DNA from: Prevotella sp. UBA1705
GTDB taxonomy: Bacteria; Bacteroidota; Bacteroidia; Bacteroidales; Bacteroidaceae
Direction: 5' to 3'
DNA length: 64,000 nt
Assembly (NCBI GenBank): GCA_002317385.1
Contig: DCJH01000067.1
Coordinates: 29,727 to 93,726, forward strand
The notes under the pieces were generated by a model. The model was not told where the DNA came from. It made no database searches and saw only the letters and a list, made by a program, of their open reading frames with translations. Of the stretch, positions 30,064-40,538 are shown one piece after another (the first letter of the stretch is position 1; every line of letters begins with the position of its first letter). The translations under genes and the position numbers were made by a program.

Positions 30064-30737
30064 GCTTCCATCCATTTGTAACCCATTCCGTAAATGGTCT
30101 TAATGTTGTCTGTACATCCCCTCTCGGCCAACTTGGCCTTGAGGTTCTTGATGTGGCTATAGATAAAATCGTAGCTGTTGAGCATATCGGCCATCTCGCC
30201 GCTCAGGTGCTCGGCGATGGCCGATTTGGATATGGCCTTGCCCTTGTTGCTGAGGAAAAAGAGCAGCAGTTCATACTCTGTCTTGGTGAGTTCCAGCGGA
30301 ACGTCGCCCACTCTGACCTCCCGTTCGAGCAGGTCGATGGCGATGTCGCCCGACTGCAAGATATTGTTGGCATTGAATTCCTTGCGTCGGATGAGGGCGT
30401 AGATGCGCATGGAGAGCTCCGACAAGGGGAAGGGCTTGGGCAGATAGTCGTCGGCTCCAATCTGCAGCCCGTCGAGTTTGTCGTCCAAGGAGTCCTTGCC
30501 CGAGATGATAATCACGCCTACTGGATTGCGCCTTTTCCTGATTTCCCGGAGAATATCCAGCCCGTTGCCTTCGGGAAGCATGAGGTCGAGCAACACGCAG
30601 TCGTAGTCGTAGACGCCCACTTTCATCTTGGCGTCGGCAAAATCGAAGGCTTGCTCGCACAGATACCTCTGGCTTTCGAGATAACGTCGGATGCTGTCGG
30701 AGAGCTGATGCTCGTCTTCTATGATCAGAATCTTCAT
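30060..30737 (-). CDS. OmpR-family response regulator
   Basis: KILIIEDE, LLDLMLP, GADDYLPKPF, winged-helix IKTIYGMGY; own TATCTTTG box at 30763-30770. Confidence 0.93.
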   Translation of the reverse strand: MKILIIEDEHQLSDSIRRYLESQRYLCEQAFDFADAKMKVGVYDYDCVLLDLMLPEGNGLDILREIRKRRNPVGVIIISGKDSLDDKLDGLQIGADDYLPKPFPLSELSMRIYALIRRKEFNANNILQSGDIAIDLLEREVRVGDVPLELTKTEYELLLFFLSNKGKAISKSAIAEHLSGEMADMLNSYDFIYSHIKNLKAKLAERGCTDNIKTIYGMGYKWMEA

Positions 30738-30777
30738 GGTGCATACGTCTTGGTTGTGTGCACAAAGATAGTCGTTT

Positions 30778-33700
30778 TTACTCAGATTCATTCTTATTTA
30801 TCCACAAAATGAGACTCGGAAGCACCACCAGCAGGAGTGGCAAGCCCACGCAGAAGCCACCAATCACGGCGATGGCCAGTGGCTGCTGCATCTGAGCGCC
30901 GAGTCCGAAGCCCAAGGCCAGGGGCGTCAAAGCCAGCATGGCACTGATGGCAGTCATGAGTTTGGGGCGGATGCGGAGCGCGATGGCATAGTCGACCGAC
31001 TCTGATACCGAGCCGCCGGCCTTGCGATTCATGTCGTATTGGTTCATGGTGAAGATGGCATTCTCGGCGATAATGCCCACCACCATGATGATGCCGGTGT
31101 AGCTGCTCACGTTGAGCGGGGTGCCGGTGAGGTAGAGCGCCAGCAGACTGCCGAAGGCGCCGATGACCGCAATGAACAGGATGGAGAGCGACATGAGCCA
31201 TTTCCGGATGAGCATCATGAGCACGGCGAACACCAGAAGGATAGCAAGACAGAGGATGGTAGCCAGTTCTTTGAACGATTGCTGTTGTTCGGAGTAGGCT
31301 CCGCCGAACTGCAAGGTATAGCCTTGCGGCAGGTGAAGCTGCTGCTGGAAGGTGTGTTGCAGGTCGGCCACGGTCGTTCCGAGGTCGCGACCGTCGAGTC
31401 TGGCAGTGAGGGTGATGTCGCTTTTCAGGTTCTCGCGCTTCTGTTCGATCTCGCCGGGAATCACTTTATAGCTGCAGAAGAAGCCCACGGGGCGTGTCGT
31501 TCCGTCTGGCAGGAAGATGGGTTGATGCGCAATCTTCTCGGGATTGTTATCCGTGAAGTTGGTGAATCGGAGCAAAATGCGCCGCATCTGCTCCCCATCC
31601 TGGATGGAACCAATCTGCAATCCGCCCGTCATGGCGGTCTGCGAGGGGTCGGGCTCGATGATGTTGGCACTCTGACTGAGGGGCACTCCACCCACGTAGC
31701 ACGAGAGTTGCTCGCTGAAATTGTCCATCGCGATGCCATATTGCGACAGCAATTGCTCGTTGGGAGTATAGACAATCGACGAGCCTGCGGGCACCAAGCC
31801 ATTGTTGATGTCTACCACTCCGGGTGTCTTCTGCATGAGTTGCTCGGCCTGCGACGACAGTTGTTGCAGGCGATTGTAGTCGTCTCCGAAGATCTTTACC
31901 TCGATAGGTTGCGACGTACTCATCAGGTCGCCCAAAAGATCGGTAATTCGTTGTCCGAAGTCGATGGTCATCAGGGGCACCTTCTGACTGATTTCGCGCC
32001 TCAGATCACTAATCACTTGCGGGGTCGTCTCCTTGTGGTTGGGCTTCAACTGGATAAGATAGTCACCGAAATTGGCTGGTTTCACACTGAAGGACATGCC
32101 GAGTGCGGTGCGCCTCGAATATGTGGCCACCTCAGGATGGCTCAGGATTATCTTCTCCATCTGCCGGCAGAGTCGGTCGGTTTCCTCCAAGTTGGTGCCG
32201 GCCGGAGAATGATAGTCGAGCACGATGGAGCCTTCGTCGAGTTCGGGCAGGAACCCCGTCTGCATGTTCTGATAGGCAAAATAGCCACTCACTACGATGA
32301 GAACCACGAAGATTAAAGAGAAATACGGTCGGCGATAAGCCCATGTAAGCCAGCTCACCTGACTGATGGCGGCCTTTTCCAAGTCCTCTTTCGACTGACC
32401 TGCATGGCGTGGTTTGAACACGGTGCGGTTGGTCAGGGCGAGATAGAACGTAGGCAGGAGTATCCAGGTAACGAAGAAAGAGGCCACCAAAGTCAGCTCC
32501 ATGGTCGTGGCCAAATCGTTAAAAAAGCTGCCTGCCAGACCGCTCATGAGCCTGAACGGGAAGTAGATGACAATGGTGGAGAGCGACGAGGCCACCATGG
32601 CGGGGAAGAGATTGTGGATGGAATCCTTAATCACTTCGAGGCGAGACTTATCGGGATATTCCTCTTGTTCGCGGTAAATCTGCTCGATAATCACCACCGC
32701 GTCGTCGAGAATCAATCCCACCGACGCTGCGATGGCACCCAGCGACATCACGTTGATGGTGATTCCGGCCAGGCTGATGAGCAATAGACTGAAGCCGAAC
32801 GTTATCGGAATGGACAGGATGACGGCCATGCTCGCCCGCCAGGAACGCAGTGCAATGATCATCACGATGATGGCCAGGAGGAGTCCTTCGAGGATGGTGT
32901 GGATCACACTCGATACGCTCTTTGACACGAAAGCACTCTGATTGTAGTAAGGTTTCAGCTCATAGCCAGCGGGAAGTGCCTTCGCCACCTCCTGGTGCTT
33001 GGCCTCCACGTTCTGCGCAAAGGTAAGGAGGTTCACGCCGGGCTGCTTCACCAGGTCGATGAGCACAGCGTCGTCGCCGTCGGCATTGATCTTGATGAAC
33101 TCCTGTTGGTCCTGCACTTCCACCCGCGCAATGTCCGAAAGTCTTACCGTGCGGTTGCTGTTGTTTCGGATAATGGTATTCTCCAGCTGTTGGATGGTCT
33201 GGATGCGGGTGTCAGTCAGGGTAAGATAGAGCCGGTGATAATCGGCCACTTGCCCGTTGCTCTCAATGAAATTGGTCTGCTGGAAGGCCCGCTTGATGTC
33301 CTGCGGCGTAAGTCCGAGGGTCGACATCTTGGCCGCATCGGGTATCACCACAAACTCTTTGGCCTTGCCGCCATATACTACCACATTGCTGATACCGTCG
33401 ACCTGCGAGAACATGGGGCGCACCACGAGGTTGGCCACATCACGCATCTCTATCTTCGTGTGGGTCTTGCTCTTGAGCGTATAGCCGTAGACGGGGAATA
33501 GAGACTGGTTCATGACCTCGGTCGAAATCACCGTTCCGGCCGGCAGGAAGGTCTTGATCTCGTTGACACGACTCTCTAACTGCGCTTTCTGCGCATAGAT
33601 GTCGAGGCCCCATTTGAAGTAGACGTCGATGGTACAACTACCCCGGCTGGTGCTGCTCTTGACGATAGTCACGCCCTGAACCTTCTTCACGGCACTCTCC

Positions 33701-33909
33701 AAAGGCTTCGTCACGGTGATCATCATGCGGTCTACGGGCTGCTGTCCGGCGTTGGCAATGAGGGTGATGCGTGGGAACTGTACCTCGGGAAAGAGCCCCT
33801 TACTCATATTCGTATAGCTGTAGATGCCCGCCAAGAGCAGCAACACACCGATAAAGAGTATCGGTTTCATATACAGCTGATACAAAGATTGCTTCTGATT
33901 CGTATTCAT
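30778..33909 (-). CDS. RND efflux permease (AcrB/CusA superfamily)
   Basis: 1043 aa; GLILDDAVVIIE, FLPELDEG, RIRPKLMT, QQPLAIAVIGG. Confidence 0.93.
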   Translation of the reverse strand: MNTNQKQSLYQLYMKPILFIGVLLLLAGIYSYTNMSKGLFPEVQFPRITLIANAGQQPVDRMMITVTKPLESAVKKVQGVTIVKSSTSRGSCTIDVYFKWGLDIYAQKAQLESRVNEIKTFLPAGTVISTEVMNQSLFPVYGYTLKSKTHTKIEMRDVANLVVRPMFSQVDGISNVVVYGGKAKEFVVIPDAAKMSTLGLTPQDIKRAFQQTNFIESNGQVADYHRLYLTLTDTRIQTIQQLENTIIRNNSNRTVRLSDIARVEVQDQQEFIKINADGDDAVLIDLVKQPGVNLLTFAQNVEAKHQEVAKALPAGYELKPYYNQSAFVSKSVSSVIHTILEGLLLAIIVMIIALRSWRASMAVILSIPITFGFSLLLISLAGITINVMSLGAIAASVGLILDDAVVIIEQIYREQEEYPDKSRLEVIKDSIHNLFPAMVASSLSTIVIYFPFRLMSGLAGSFFNDLATTMELTLVASFFVTWILLPTFYLALTNRTVFKPRHAGQSKEDLEKAAISQVSWLTWAYRRPYFSLIFVVLIVVSGYFAYQNMQTGFLPELDEGSIVLDYHSPAGTNLEETDRLCRQMEKIILSHPEVATYSRRTALGMSFSVKPANFGDYLIQLKPNHKETTPQVISDLRREISQKVPLMTIDFGQRITDLLGDLMSTSQPIEVKIFGDDYNRLQQLSSQAEQLMQKTPGVVDINNGLVPAGSSIVYTPNEQLLSQYGIAMDNFSEQLSCYVGGVPLSQSANIIEPDPSQTAMTGGLQIGSIQDGEQMRRILLRFTNFTDNNPEKIAHQPIFLPDGTTRPVGFFCSYKVIPGEIEQKRENLKSDITLTARLDGRDLGTTVADLQHTFQQQLHLPQGYTLQFGGAYSEQQQSFKELATILCLAILLVFAVLMMLIRKWLMSLSILFIAVIGAFGSLLALYLTGTPLNVSSYTGIIMVVGIIAENAIFTMNQYDMNRKAGGSVSESVDYAIALRIRPKLMTAISAMLALTPLALGFGLGAQMQQPLAIAVIGGFCVGLPLLLVVLPSLILWINKNESE

Positions 33910-33919
33910 CTTGTCCTCC

Positions 33920-34801
33920 TTACTTGATTCTTACCAAGGCGTCCTCGGTCAGTCCGTAGGCACCTTGCTGCACGATGCGGTCGCGGGGCGACAGCTGCGG
34001 CGAGAGAATCTCTACCGACTGACTGTTGCGATTGCCCAGCGTGACAGGCACTTTCGCTACCGTTGAGTCGCTCGTGAGCTTCATTATCCAGTAGCTCGAC
34101 ATATTGTCGTCGCTCTGAACGGCCTCCAACGGCAGTGTCTGGTGGCTTTTTGCCGACGCGCTGCCTACGCTCACGAGGGCCTTGGCCACCAATCCGGCGG
34201 GTAGGGAAGATATGTTTGCGCGCGCCACATAGTCGATGGTCTGGTCGCTTACGGCCATCTGCATGAGCGGCATGGATAGCACTGAGGCGAGCCTCTGGCC
34301 GTCGGGCATGACGATGGTGCACCGCGTGCCCTCGTGAATGCGCTTGCTATACTCGGTGGGCACCTTCACCTTGAACACCAGACTCGACATATCGATGAGC
34401 GTGCAGACCACGCTTCCCTCGGTCACATAGCTGCCGTTTTGCGGTCCCACGGCCGACACCACCGACGGGCGAGAGGCCCTCACCACCGTCGGTGTGGTGT
34501 TCATGCCGAGCGCGTTCTGCTCGGCGCTGACCATGGAAAACAGAAATCCGCCACGCCCCACACGCTGGCCAGGCTGGATATTCATGCTACGGATAAACCC
34601 ATTGACCGGCGCGGTGATGTCCGTGGTGTGCAGATACTCGGTCTCGGCCTGCAGTTCGAGCTGCTGACTGATGCTTCCCTCCTCCACGTGGGTCACCGAA
34701 ATCTCTGTGTATGCCCGCGGTGTGGTGTCGGCCGAGGGGCTGTTTTGACCGCAGCTGACCATGATGGCGGCTGCAGAGAGGGTTAAAACCAATGCTTTCA
34801 T
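33920..34801 (-). CDS. RND periplasmic adaptor (membrane fusion) lipoprotein
   Basis: Lipobox MVSC, ITAPVNG lipoyl half-motif, LPLEAVQ, VPVTLG; lies between TolC and RND genes. Confidence 0.88.
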   Translation of the reverse strand: MKALVLTLSAAAIMVSCGQNSPSADTTPRAYTEISVTHVEEGSISQQLELQAETEYLHTTDITAPVNGFIRSMNIQPGQRVGRGGFLFSMVSAEQNALGMNTTPTVVRASRPSVVSAVGPQNGSYVTEGSVVCTLIDMSSLVFKVKVPTEYSKRIHEGTRCTIVMPDGQRLASVLSMPLMQMAVSDQTIDYVARANISSLPAGLVAKALVSVGSASAKSHQTLPLEAVQSDDNMSSYWIMKLTSDSTVAKVPVTLGNRNSQSVEILSPQLSPRDRIVQQGAYGLTEDALVRIK

Positions 34802-34803
34802 CG

Positions 34804-36090
34804 TTACCAATTCCAATAATTATAGGTGTTTGCCAATAGTTCTCTGTTCACTTCCAGTTCGTTGAGCGTGCGCGTTTGCAGGCGATAGTTCCTAAAGACG
34901 TTCACATAGTCTACTATCGACCGCCGCCCCGCCATGATCTCCTTCTGATAGTCGGCCAGCAGATTGCGGTAGCTGTCGAGCTGTTGCCGCCCGTTGGCTA
35001 TCTGCTCATCCTGCGAGCGGAGCATCTGCATCATCTGCGTGAGGCGTGTCTGTCGGGTGGTCTCCGCATATTGGCGTTGGGCCTCGATGGTGCTCTGCTC
35101 CAGCTGCATCTGCCGTTGCCGGTTCTTCAGTTGCTTGCCGTCGGCCAGCGTCCAGCTGAGATGTAGCCCCGCACTCGCACCCCACCGCTTGTAGATGTCC
35201 TTGTAGGGCCCTGTTTGCGTGCCTGCGCTGGCATAGAGCGAGAGCTGCAGCCGATACTGGTTCAGGTAGGTGCGATAGTTGGCCTGGGCCTGAAGATTCT
35301 GCAGTCTGTATTGTTCGAGGAAGGCCGACTGCCCTGCGGGCACCATCCGTTCGGTGATGGTCACTGGGGTGAGCGATGCCGAATCGCTGATGCCGCAGAT
35401 GGTGTTGAGCTCCGTGCGATGGGTGATATACGACTGGTGGGCCTGCTGTCGCAGACCCTCGTTGGCCTGCTGCTCAATCCTCAGCAGCTGCACGTCGGTG
35501 GGACTGGTGAGTCCGTGGTTGGCCAGTCGGGTCACAATATCCATCTGTCTCACTATCAGGCTGTCCATTTCTCGTGCCGACCGCTCATTGGCCTTGTCGA
35601 GCAGGCAGAGCAGATATTGCTCCGTCACCTGCCGGTCGAGGTCGTGCTCGGTGAGCTGGATGTTGTTGTCGGCGATGGATTGGTTCACCCTGAGCAGGTC
35701 TTGGGCATCGTGCAGGCCACGCCCCCCGGTCAGGGGCTGCATCCAGTTCACACCCATGGTGAGATGACTGCTGCTCTGCCCGAGGTCGTAGCCGTAGAAA
35801 TTGTCGGCGCTCTGGGCGTCGAACTTCAAGCGGGTCTGCCCGTTGTCGGTCGAGACGATGGGCACAAACAGCAGGTCGCCCGCCAGTTCGAGGCGCGAGT
35901 GGGTGTAAGCGGCCTTCAGGCGCTGCATCTCTTCGGCATCGATGGCCTTCTGGTTGCGGTTCATGACGATAAGCGGACTGTTGTGTTGAGCCTGCGCAAG
36001 AAAATACTCCAGGGTGTGTTGGGCCTGCAATGGCATGGTTGTTGCGGCTATCCCCACGATGGCGGCCCATTTCTTCAAACTTGTTTTCAT
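34804..36090 (-). CDS. TolC-family outer-membrane efflux protein
   Basis: Signal peptide, TLEYFLAQA..NSP, long helical segments; first gene of the RND operon. Confidence 0.85.
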   Translation of the reverse strand: MKTSLKKWAAIVGIAATTMPLQAQHTLEYFLAQAQHNSPLIVMNRNQKAIDAEEMQRLKAAYTHSRLELAGDLLFVPIVSTDNGQTRLKFDAQSADNFYGYDLGQSSSHLTMGVNWMQPLTGGRGLHDAQDLLRVNQSIADNNIQLTEHDLDRQVTEQYLLCLLDKANERSAREMDSLIVRQMDIVTRLANHGLTSPTDVQLLRIEQQANEGLRQQAHQSYITHRTELNTICGISDSASLTPVTITERMVPAGQSAFLEQYRLQNLQAQANYRTYLNQYRLQLSLYASAGTQTGPYKDIYKRWGASAGLHLSWTLADGKQLKNRQRQMQLEQSTIEAQRQYAETTRQTRLTQMMQMLRSQDEQIANGRQQLDSYRNLLADYQKEIMAGRRSIVDYVNVFRNYRLQTRTLNELEVNRELLANTYNYWNW

Positions 36091-36152
36091 ATACCTATAT
36101 TATATAGTCTGCGGTCGGGCGAGTGCCGCCTACAGACTTCCTGAATCGGTGG

Positions 36153-36186
36153 CAAAGGTAGGAGGGGATCTTGGAGGCTTCCTGGA
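36153..36186 (-). promoter_or_regulatory. Efflux operon promoter with 11-bp-spaced direct repeat
   Basis: TACCTTTG at 36153-36160; TCCAGGA/TCCAAGA repeat at 36180-36186 and 36169-36175. Confidence 0.55.
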
Positions 36187-36339
36187 TAAATAGAGTGGGA
36201 GGGGAGATTGGGTGTTTAATAAATCTTAAAAGAGTGGTTAGAGGGGGAGGTTTAGCTCACACTGACTCTCACGGAACCACACGGAGGGAATGGTTTGGCA
36301 CACAGAGTATGGGAGTTTTGGGAGTGGAAGGATGGATTT

Positions 36340-36454
36340 TCTCACGCAGAGAACGCAGAGAGCGCATAGGCTGGTGCTTTCCTCCGTGCCCTCAACACAC
36401 GCGAATAGGCACCTCCGCGCAAGCCTCTGTGACCTCTGTGCTCTCTGCGTGAGA
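36340..36454. repeat. Miniature inverted-repeat element with 9-bp sub-repeats (CGCAGAG/CACAGAG type)
   Basis: tctcacgcagagaacgcagagagcgcataggct (36340-36372) vs agcctctgtgacctctgtgctctctgcgtgaga (36422-36454). Confidence 0.75.
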
Positions 36455-36617
36455 CCATATATTCCCCCGAAACCACCGCGAAGAAACCAAGGAAATTCCC
36501 CTTGAAATTATCGGAAAAAGGGCCTCCTCAGTCCCTCTCAATTTATCTCCCCCTCCTCATCCGTACGAATTTTCCTAAAAAATCCACTTTTTCAATCCAT
36601 TGAAACATAGCCACTTG

Positions 36618-36700
36618 TAATTATTTGACAATTTCCCCCATGACGATTACTACCTTATCGCCTTGCGATTAGTATCTATTGGCCATGCGGCCAGGGCTCT
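36618..36700. repeat. 22-bp-period intergenic element, copy C
   Basis: gacgattactaccttatcgc (36642-36661) is the exact reverse complement of 49118-49137; next core 22 bp on; side box taattatttgaca at 36618-36630. Confidence 0.7.
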
Positions 36701-37052
36701 TTCGTCCTGCCATCTCTATGTTTTAGCACGACGAAAAGGGTGCTTTCGCCCCTGAACTCAGCGGAAATGGCACTGAAAACTTGTTTTCAAAGCCTTCGGA
36801 TTCCTGAAATACGACATTCCAAACGCTATCTGAAATAAAAATGACGATGAATTAATTTGAAAGAAACAAGGTGGAGACAGGGTAACAATCCAGCATTCAA
36901 TAAGGTATATTCCCCTTGCCAAATTGCCTGTTTTACGGAGCAATTACTCACCCTCCACGATGACGAATGAAAGCGGTAAGGTATGTTAAACTATGTCAAC
37001 ATTACTTGTAATTTTTACTATTCCCTGCCACTTTTTCGTAATTTTGCATCGA

Positions 37053-37406
37053 ATGAGAAGATTGAGCCATAAACGTCGTTGGGCGGCATGGATACTGCTT
37101 GCAGTATTCTTGCCTGTTCTGCTGCTGTCTTCCATTCATCAACATCGGGCCGAGAATGCCGCTGAGACGGAGTGCTACGAGTGCATCCACCATATTCAGC
37201 ATCCCGGCCATTTCACCACCACGGCACATTCTTTCGATAGTTGCGTGCTCTGCCACTTCGTTTTGCTGAGCTATGTAGCTGCCGCCACTGCTGCAGTGGT
37301 CAACGTTATCACATACCTACATCGTCGGTGCATCCGTCTTCGTGAAGCCGTATGCGTCACCATTTGTGGACATCCAGACCTTAGGGCACCTCCTTTCTCC
37401 CTATAA
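37053..37406 (+). CDS. DUF2946-like leader protein with CxxC/His motifs and C-terminal RAPP
   Basis: TM helix, HQH, CYECIHHIQH, CVLCH, ends HPDLRAPPFSL; ATG 6 nt after TAATTTTG (37039-37046). Confidence 0.75.
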   Translation: MRRLSHKRRWAAWILLAVFLPVLLLSSIHQHRAENAAETECYECIHHIQHPGHFTTTAHSFDSCVLCHFVLLSYVAAATAAVVNVITYLHRRCIRLREAVCVTICGHPDLRAPPFSL

Positions 37407-37546
37407 GTCCTTATCCCCCAAGGGATAACTATGCCCTGTCATAGGGTAATCATGCACGCAACAGCACGAGTTGCATTCCAAAAATCGCTTTGGACATGCC
37501 TGCATCATCGGCTACGTGCAGTATCTTTCCATTTTAATTTTCGACA

Positions 37547-39715
37547 ATGAATAGAGTTTTACTGGCTTTAGTTCTGTTGTCTCCGTCCTTCTTGCAGGTG
37601 TCAAAGGCCAACGTTTTCGTGCCCACCACCATAGATGAGACCATTCCTGCCGACACCGCACGTGTCGACACAGGACTGACTTTGCATGGAGTAACCGTGC
37701 TGGGCAATAGGAAAAAAGACCTCCAGATGAAGACATCGGTCAACAGTGTGGTAGTAGACCGCAACTATCTGACGACCAACTACTCGGGCAGTCTGATGCA
37801 AAGTCTCAGCGGCGTGCCCGGCGTGAAGGCGTCGAGCATTGGTTCGGGCGAATCGAAACCCACCATCCGTGGATTGGGTTTCAACCGCATGGTGGTGGCC
37901 GAAGACGGCATCAAGCACGAGGGACAGCAGTGGGGCGACGACCACGGACTGGAAATCGACCAGTTTGCGATAGACAGGATAGAGATCATGAAAGGTCCGG
38001 CGGCACTGCTTTACGGCTCTGACGCCATCGGCGGAGTCATCGATCTCTACAGCAACCGCATCCCCAACAAGCCGTTTGAAGGGGCGGCCTCGATATTCAC
38101 ACGCACCAACAACGAGTCGTTGGGGCTTTCGGCCAAGATGAGCGGACGCCAAAACCACTTGTATTGGCGCACGAATATCACGGCCATCGACTACGCCGAC
38201 TACAAGGTTCCCACCGATTCCATAGAGTATTATTCCTACAGAATTGGCTTGCACAACCGCCGGCTGCGCAACACGGCAGGCCGCGAACTCGATGGAAGCG
38301 CTACCTTGGGCTACATCGGCTACCGATTCCACACCGACCTGAAGGTGTCTAACTCCTACAACAAGAGTGGTTTTTTTGCCAACGCTCATGGTCTGGAGGT
38401 GAGGCTCTCGGATATCGACTACGACCATTCGAGCCGCGACATCGACCTGCCCCAGCACAGCGTGAACCACCTGAAAGTGATGAGTCACTCGGCCTATCAA
38501 GCCGACAAATGGGTGCTGGAGATGAGTCTGGCCTATCAAAACAATATTCGCAAGGAGAGCTCGGAGCCGGTGTCACACGGATATATGCCCAAACCCGCGG
38601 ATGCTCTTGAACGTGAATTCAAGAAGCACACGCTCACAGGCAACCTGGAACTGACCATGCCCATCGGCGACAAACACAGTTTCAAGGCGGGCATCAACAC
38701 CGAGTATCAGCACAACCGGCGTGGCGGATGGGGATTTATCATACCCGATTTCGAGACGCTCTCGTTGGGTGGGTTCCTCTTTGACCGCTTCACCATCACC
38801 AAAGACCTCATTGTGAATGCCGGACTGCGGTATGATTTCGCCCGCACCCACATCCACAGCTACAGCGATTGGTATAAGACTCCTACGGCCGATGGCGACT
38901 CCGTCTACAAGGAGCGGTCGGCCAACAGCACACGGTCGTTTAACAGTGTGACCTGGTCTACGGGCGTCAACTACTCCGTGGGCAACTGGGTGCTCAAGGC
39001 CAACATAGGCAAGAGTTTTCGCATGCCTATCCCGAAGGAGCTGGGAGCCGACGGTGTGAACTATCATATCTTTCGCTATGAGAAAGGCAACGCAGCCCTC
39101 GATCCCGAGGAATCGTATCAGCTCGACGCAGGCATACACTGGAGCAACGACAGGGTGACGGTGCAGGTAGACCCCTATCTCAACTATTTTCCCAATTACA
39201 TCTATATGAACCCCACAGCCAACTACTACGAGGGACTGCAGCTCTACTACTACACCCAGAGCCGCGTCGTACGCTATGGCTTTGAGGCTCAGGTGGATTG
39301 GAAGATACTCCCCACGCTGGAAGCCGGCGTTAAGGGCGAATATCTCTATGCCGAGCAGCTCTCGGGCGAGAAGAAAGGCTACACGCTGCCCTTCTCCACT
39401 CCCTGGTCTGTCGACACCGATGTGAAGTATTCGTTCCAACCCGAGACCGACCACGAGGCCTACGTGGCCCTCAACCTCCACATTGTCGGAGCCCAAAACA
39501 ACATCGTGCCACCCGAAAAGTCCACACCAGGATACTTCACGCTCAACATGACGGCGGGCAAAACGTTTGCCTTCCACGACAACACGTTGCGCGTAAGCCT
39601 GCATGCGGAAAACCTGCTCAACCGTAAATACTACGACCATACGAGCTATTACCGCCTGATGGATATCCCCGAACCCGGCCGGAATGTGGCGCTTATGCTG
39701 ACATATAACTTTTAA
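37547..39715 (+). CDS. TonB-dependent receptor, probable metal uptake
   Basis: KPTIRGLG, HEGQQWGDDHG, IEIMKGPAALLYGSDAIGGVI, ENLLNRKYYDH, C-terminal YNF. Confidence 0.92.
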   Translation: MNRVLLALVLLSPSFLQVSKANVFVPTTIDETIPADTARVDTGLTLHGVTVLGNRKKDLQMKTSVNSVVVDRNYLTTNYSGSLMQSLSGVPGVKASSIGSGESKPTIRGLGFNRMVVAEDGIKHEGQQWGDDHGLEIDQFAIDRIEIMKGPAALLYGSDAIGGVIDLYSNRIPNKPFEGAASIFTRTNNESLGLSAKMSGRQNHLYWRTNITAIDYADYKVPTDSIEYYSYRIGLHNRRLRNTAGRELDGSATLGYIGYRFHTDLKVSNSYNKSGFFANAHGLEVRLSDIDYDHSSRDIDLPQHSVNHLKVMSHSAYQADKWVLEMSLAYQNNIRKESSEPVSHGYMPKPADALEREFKKHTLTGNLELTMPIGDKHSFKAGINTEYQHNRRGGWGFIIPDFETLSLGGFLFDRFTITKDLIVNAGLRYDFARTHIHSYSDWYKTPTADGDSVYKERSANSTRSFNSVTWSTGVNYSVGNWVLKANIGKSFRMPIPKELGADGVNYHIFRYEKGNAALDPEESYQLDAGIHWSNDRVTVQVDPYLNYFPNYIYMNPTANYYEGLQLYYYTQSRVVRYGFEAQVDWKILPTLEAGVKGEYLYAEQLSGEKKGYTLPFSTPWSVDTDVKYSFQPETDHEAYVALNLHIVGAQNNIVPPEKSTPGYFTLNMTAGKTFAFHDNTLRVSLHAENLLNRKYYDHTSYYRLMDIPEPGRNVALMLTYNF

Positions 39716-39770
39716 ATACCATAGACATTAGTTATAAACCGAGGTACATGCCTCACAAAATCCAACAAAG

Positions 39771-40517
39771 ATGAAAAACAAAATGATGATTGGAGCCTTC
39801 GCGCTCTTGAGTATGCTGACACTGTCTCTCACCTCATGCGACAAGGATGACGATGTCAAGACCAATGCCAACGTGACGTTCAGCAATATAGAAGTAGGTT
39901 TGGAAAACTCCAAGGAAGCCACCGTCGGAGGTGACCTGCACCTCGAATGCGACATTGTTTCTGAAAACAAGATTAAGTCTATCGAGGTGAAAATGACCCA
40001 AAAGGACGGCAAGGGGACCTTGAGCAAGCTCTATACTGACTCCAAATACACAGGAGTGCTCAACACTACCTTCCACGAACACCTCGAATTGCCCTCGACA
40101 CTCGATGCCGGGACCTATCATCTGGCTATCAATGTGACCGACGTAAACAACAACTCGAAGGCCTACGAGACCGATATCAAGTTGATTGCCGTAGATCCCA
40201 ACGCACCCGTTGTGGTGATGCTCAACCCAAGTGAGACGGCCAACACTGGTGTAGCAGGCCAGCCCCTGACCTTCAAAGCCAACATTACGGTGAAAAATCC
40301 CATCAAGGCCATCGAGATAGAGTTCCACGGAGATAAGGAATATCCTATCGAGGTATCCGACTACAATGGCAAGACGGGCAGCGTAACGTTTGAGAAACAG
40401 ATCACCATTCCGGCAGAATGCCCTGCAGGCGAATACCACGTACACTTCACCGTGGAGGACAATAAAGGCCTGACCACTACCGCCGAACTCGCCGGATTTA
40501 AGGTCACCACAAAATAG
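39771..40517 (+). CDS. Lipoprotein with two DUF4625-like Ig domains
   Basis: Lipobox LTSC; GGDLHLE, FHEHLE, GTYH and GEYHVHF. Confidence 0.75.
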   Translation: MKNKMMIGAFALLSMLTLSLTSCDKDDDVKTNANVTFSNIEVGLENSKEATVGGDLHLECDIVSENKIKSIEVKMTQKDGKGTLSKLYTDSKYTGVLNTTFHEHLELPSTLDAGTYHLAINVTDVNNNSKAYETDIKLIAVDPNAPVVVMLNPSETANTGVAGQPLTFKANITVKNPIKAIEIEFHGDKEYPIEVSDYNGKTGSVTFEKQITIPAECPAGEYHVHFTVEDNKGLTTTAELAGFKVTTK

Positions 40518-40538
40518 ATAATATCAAAAGACAGTAGT

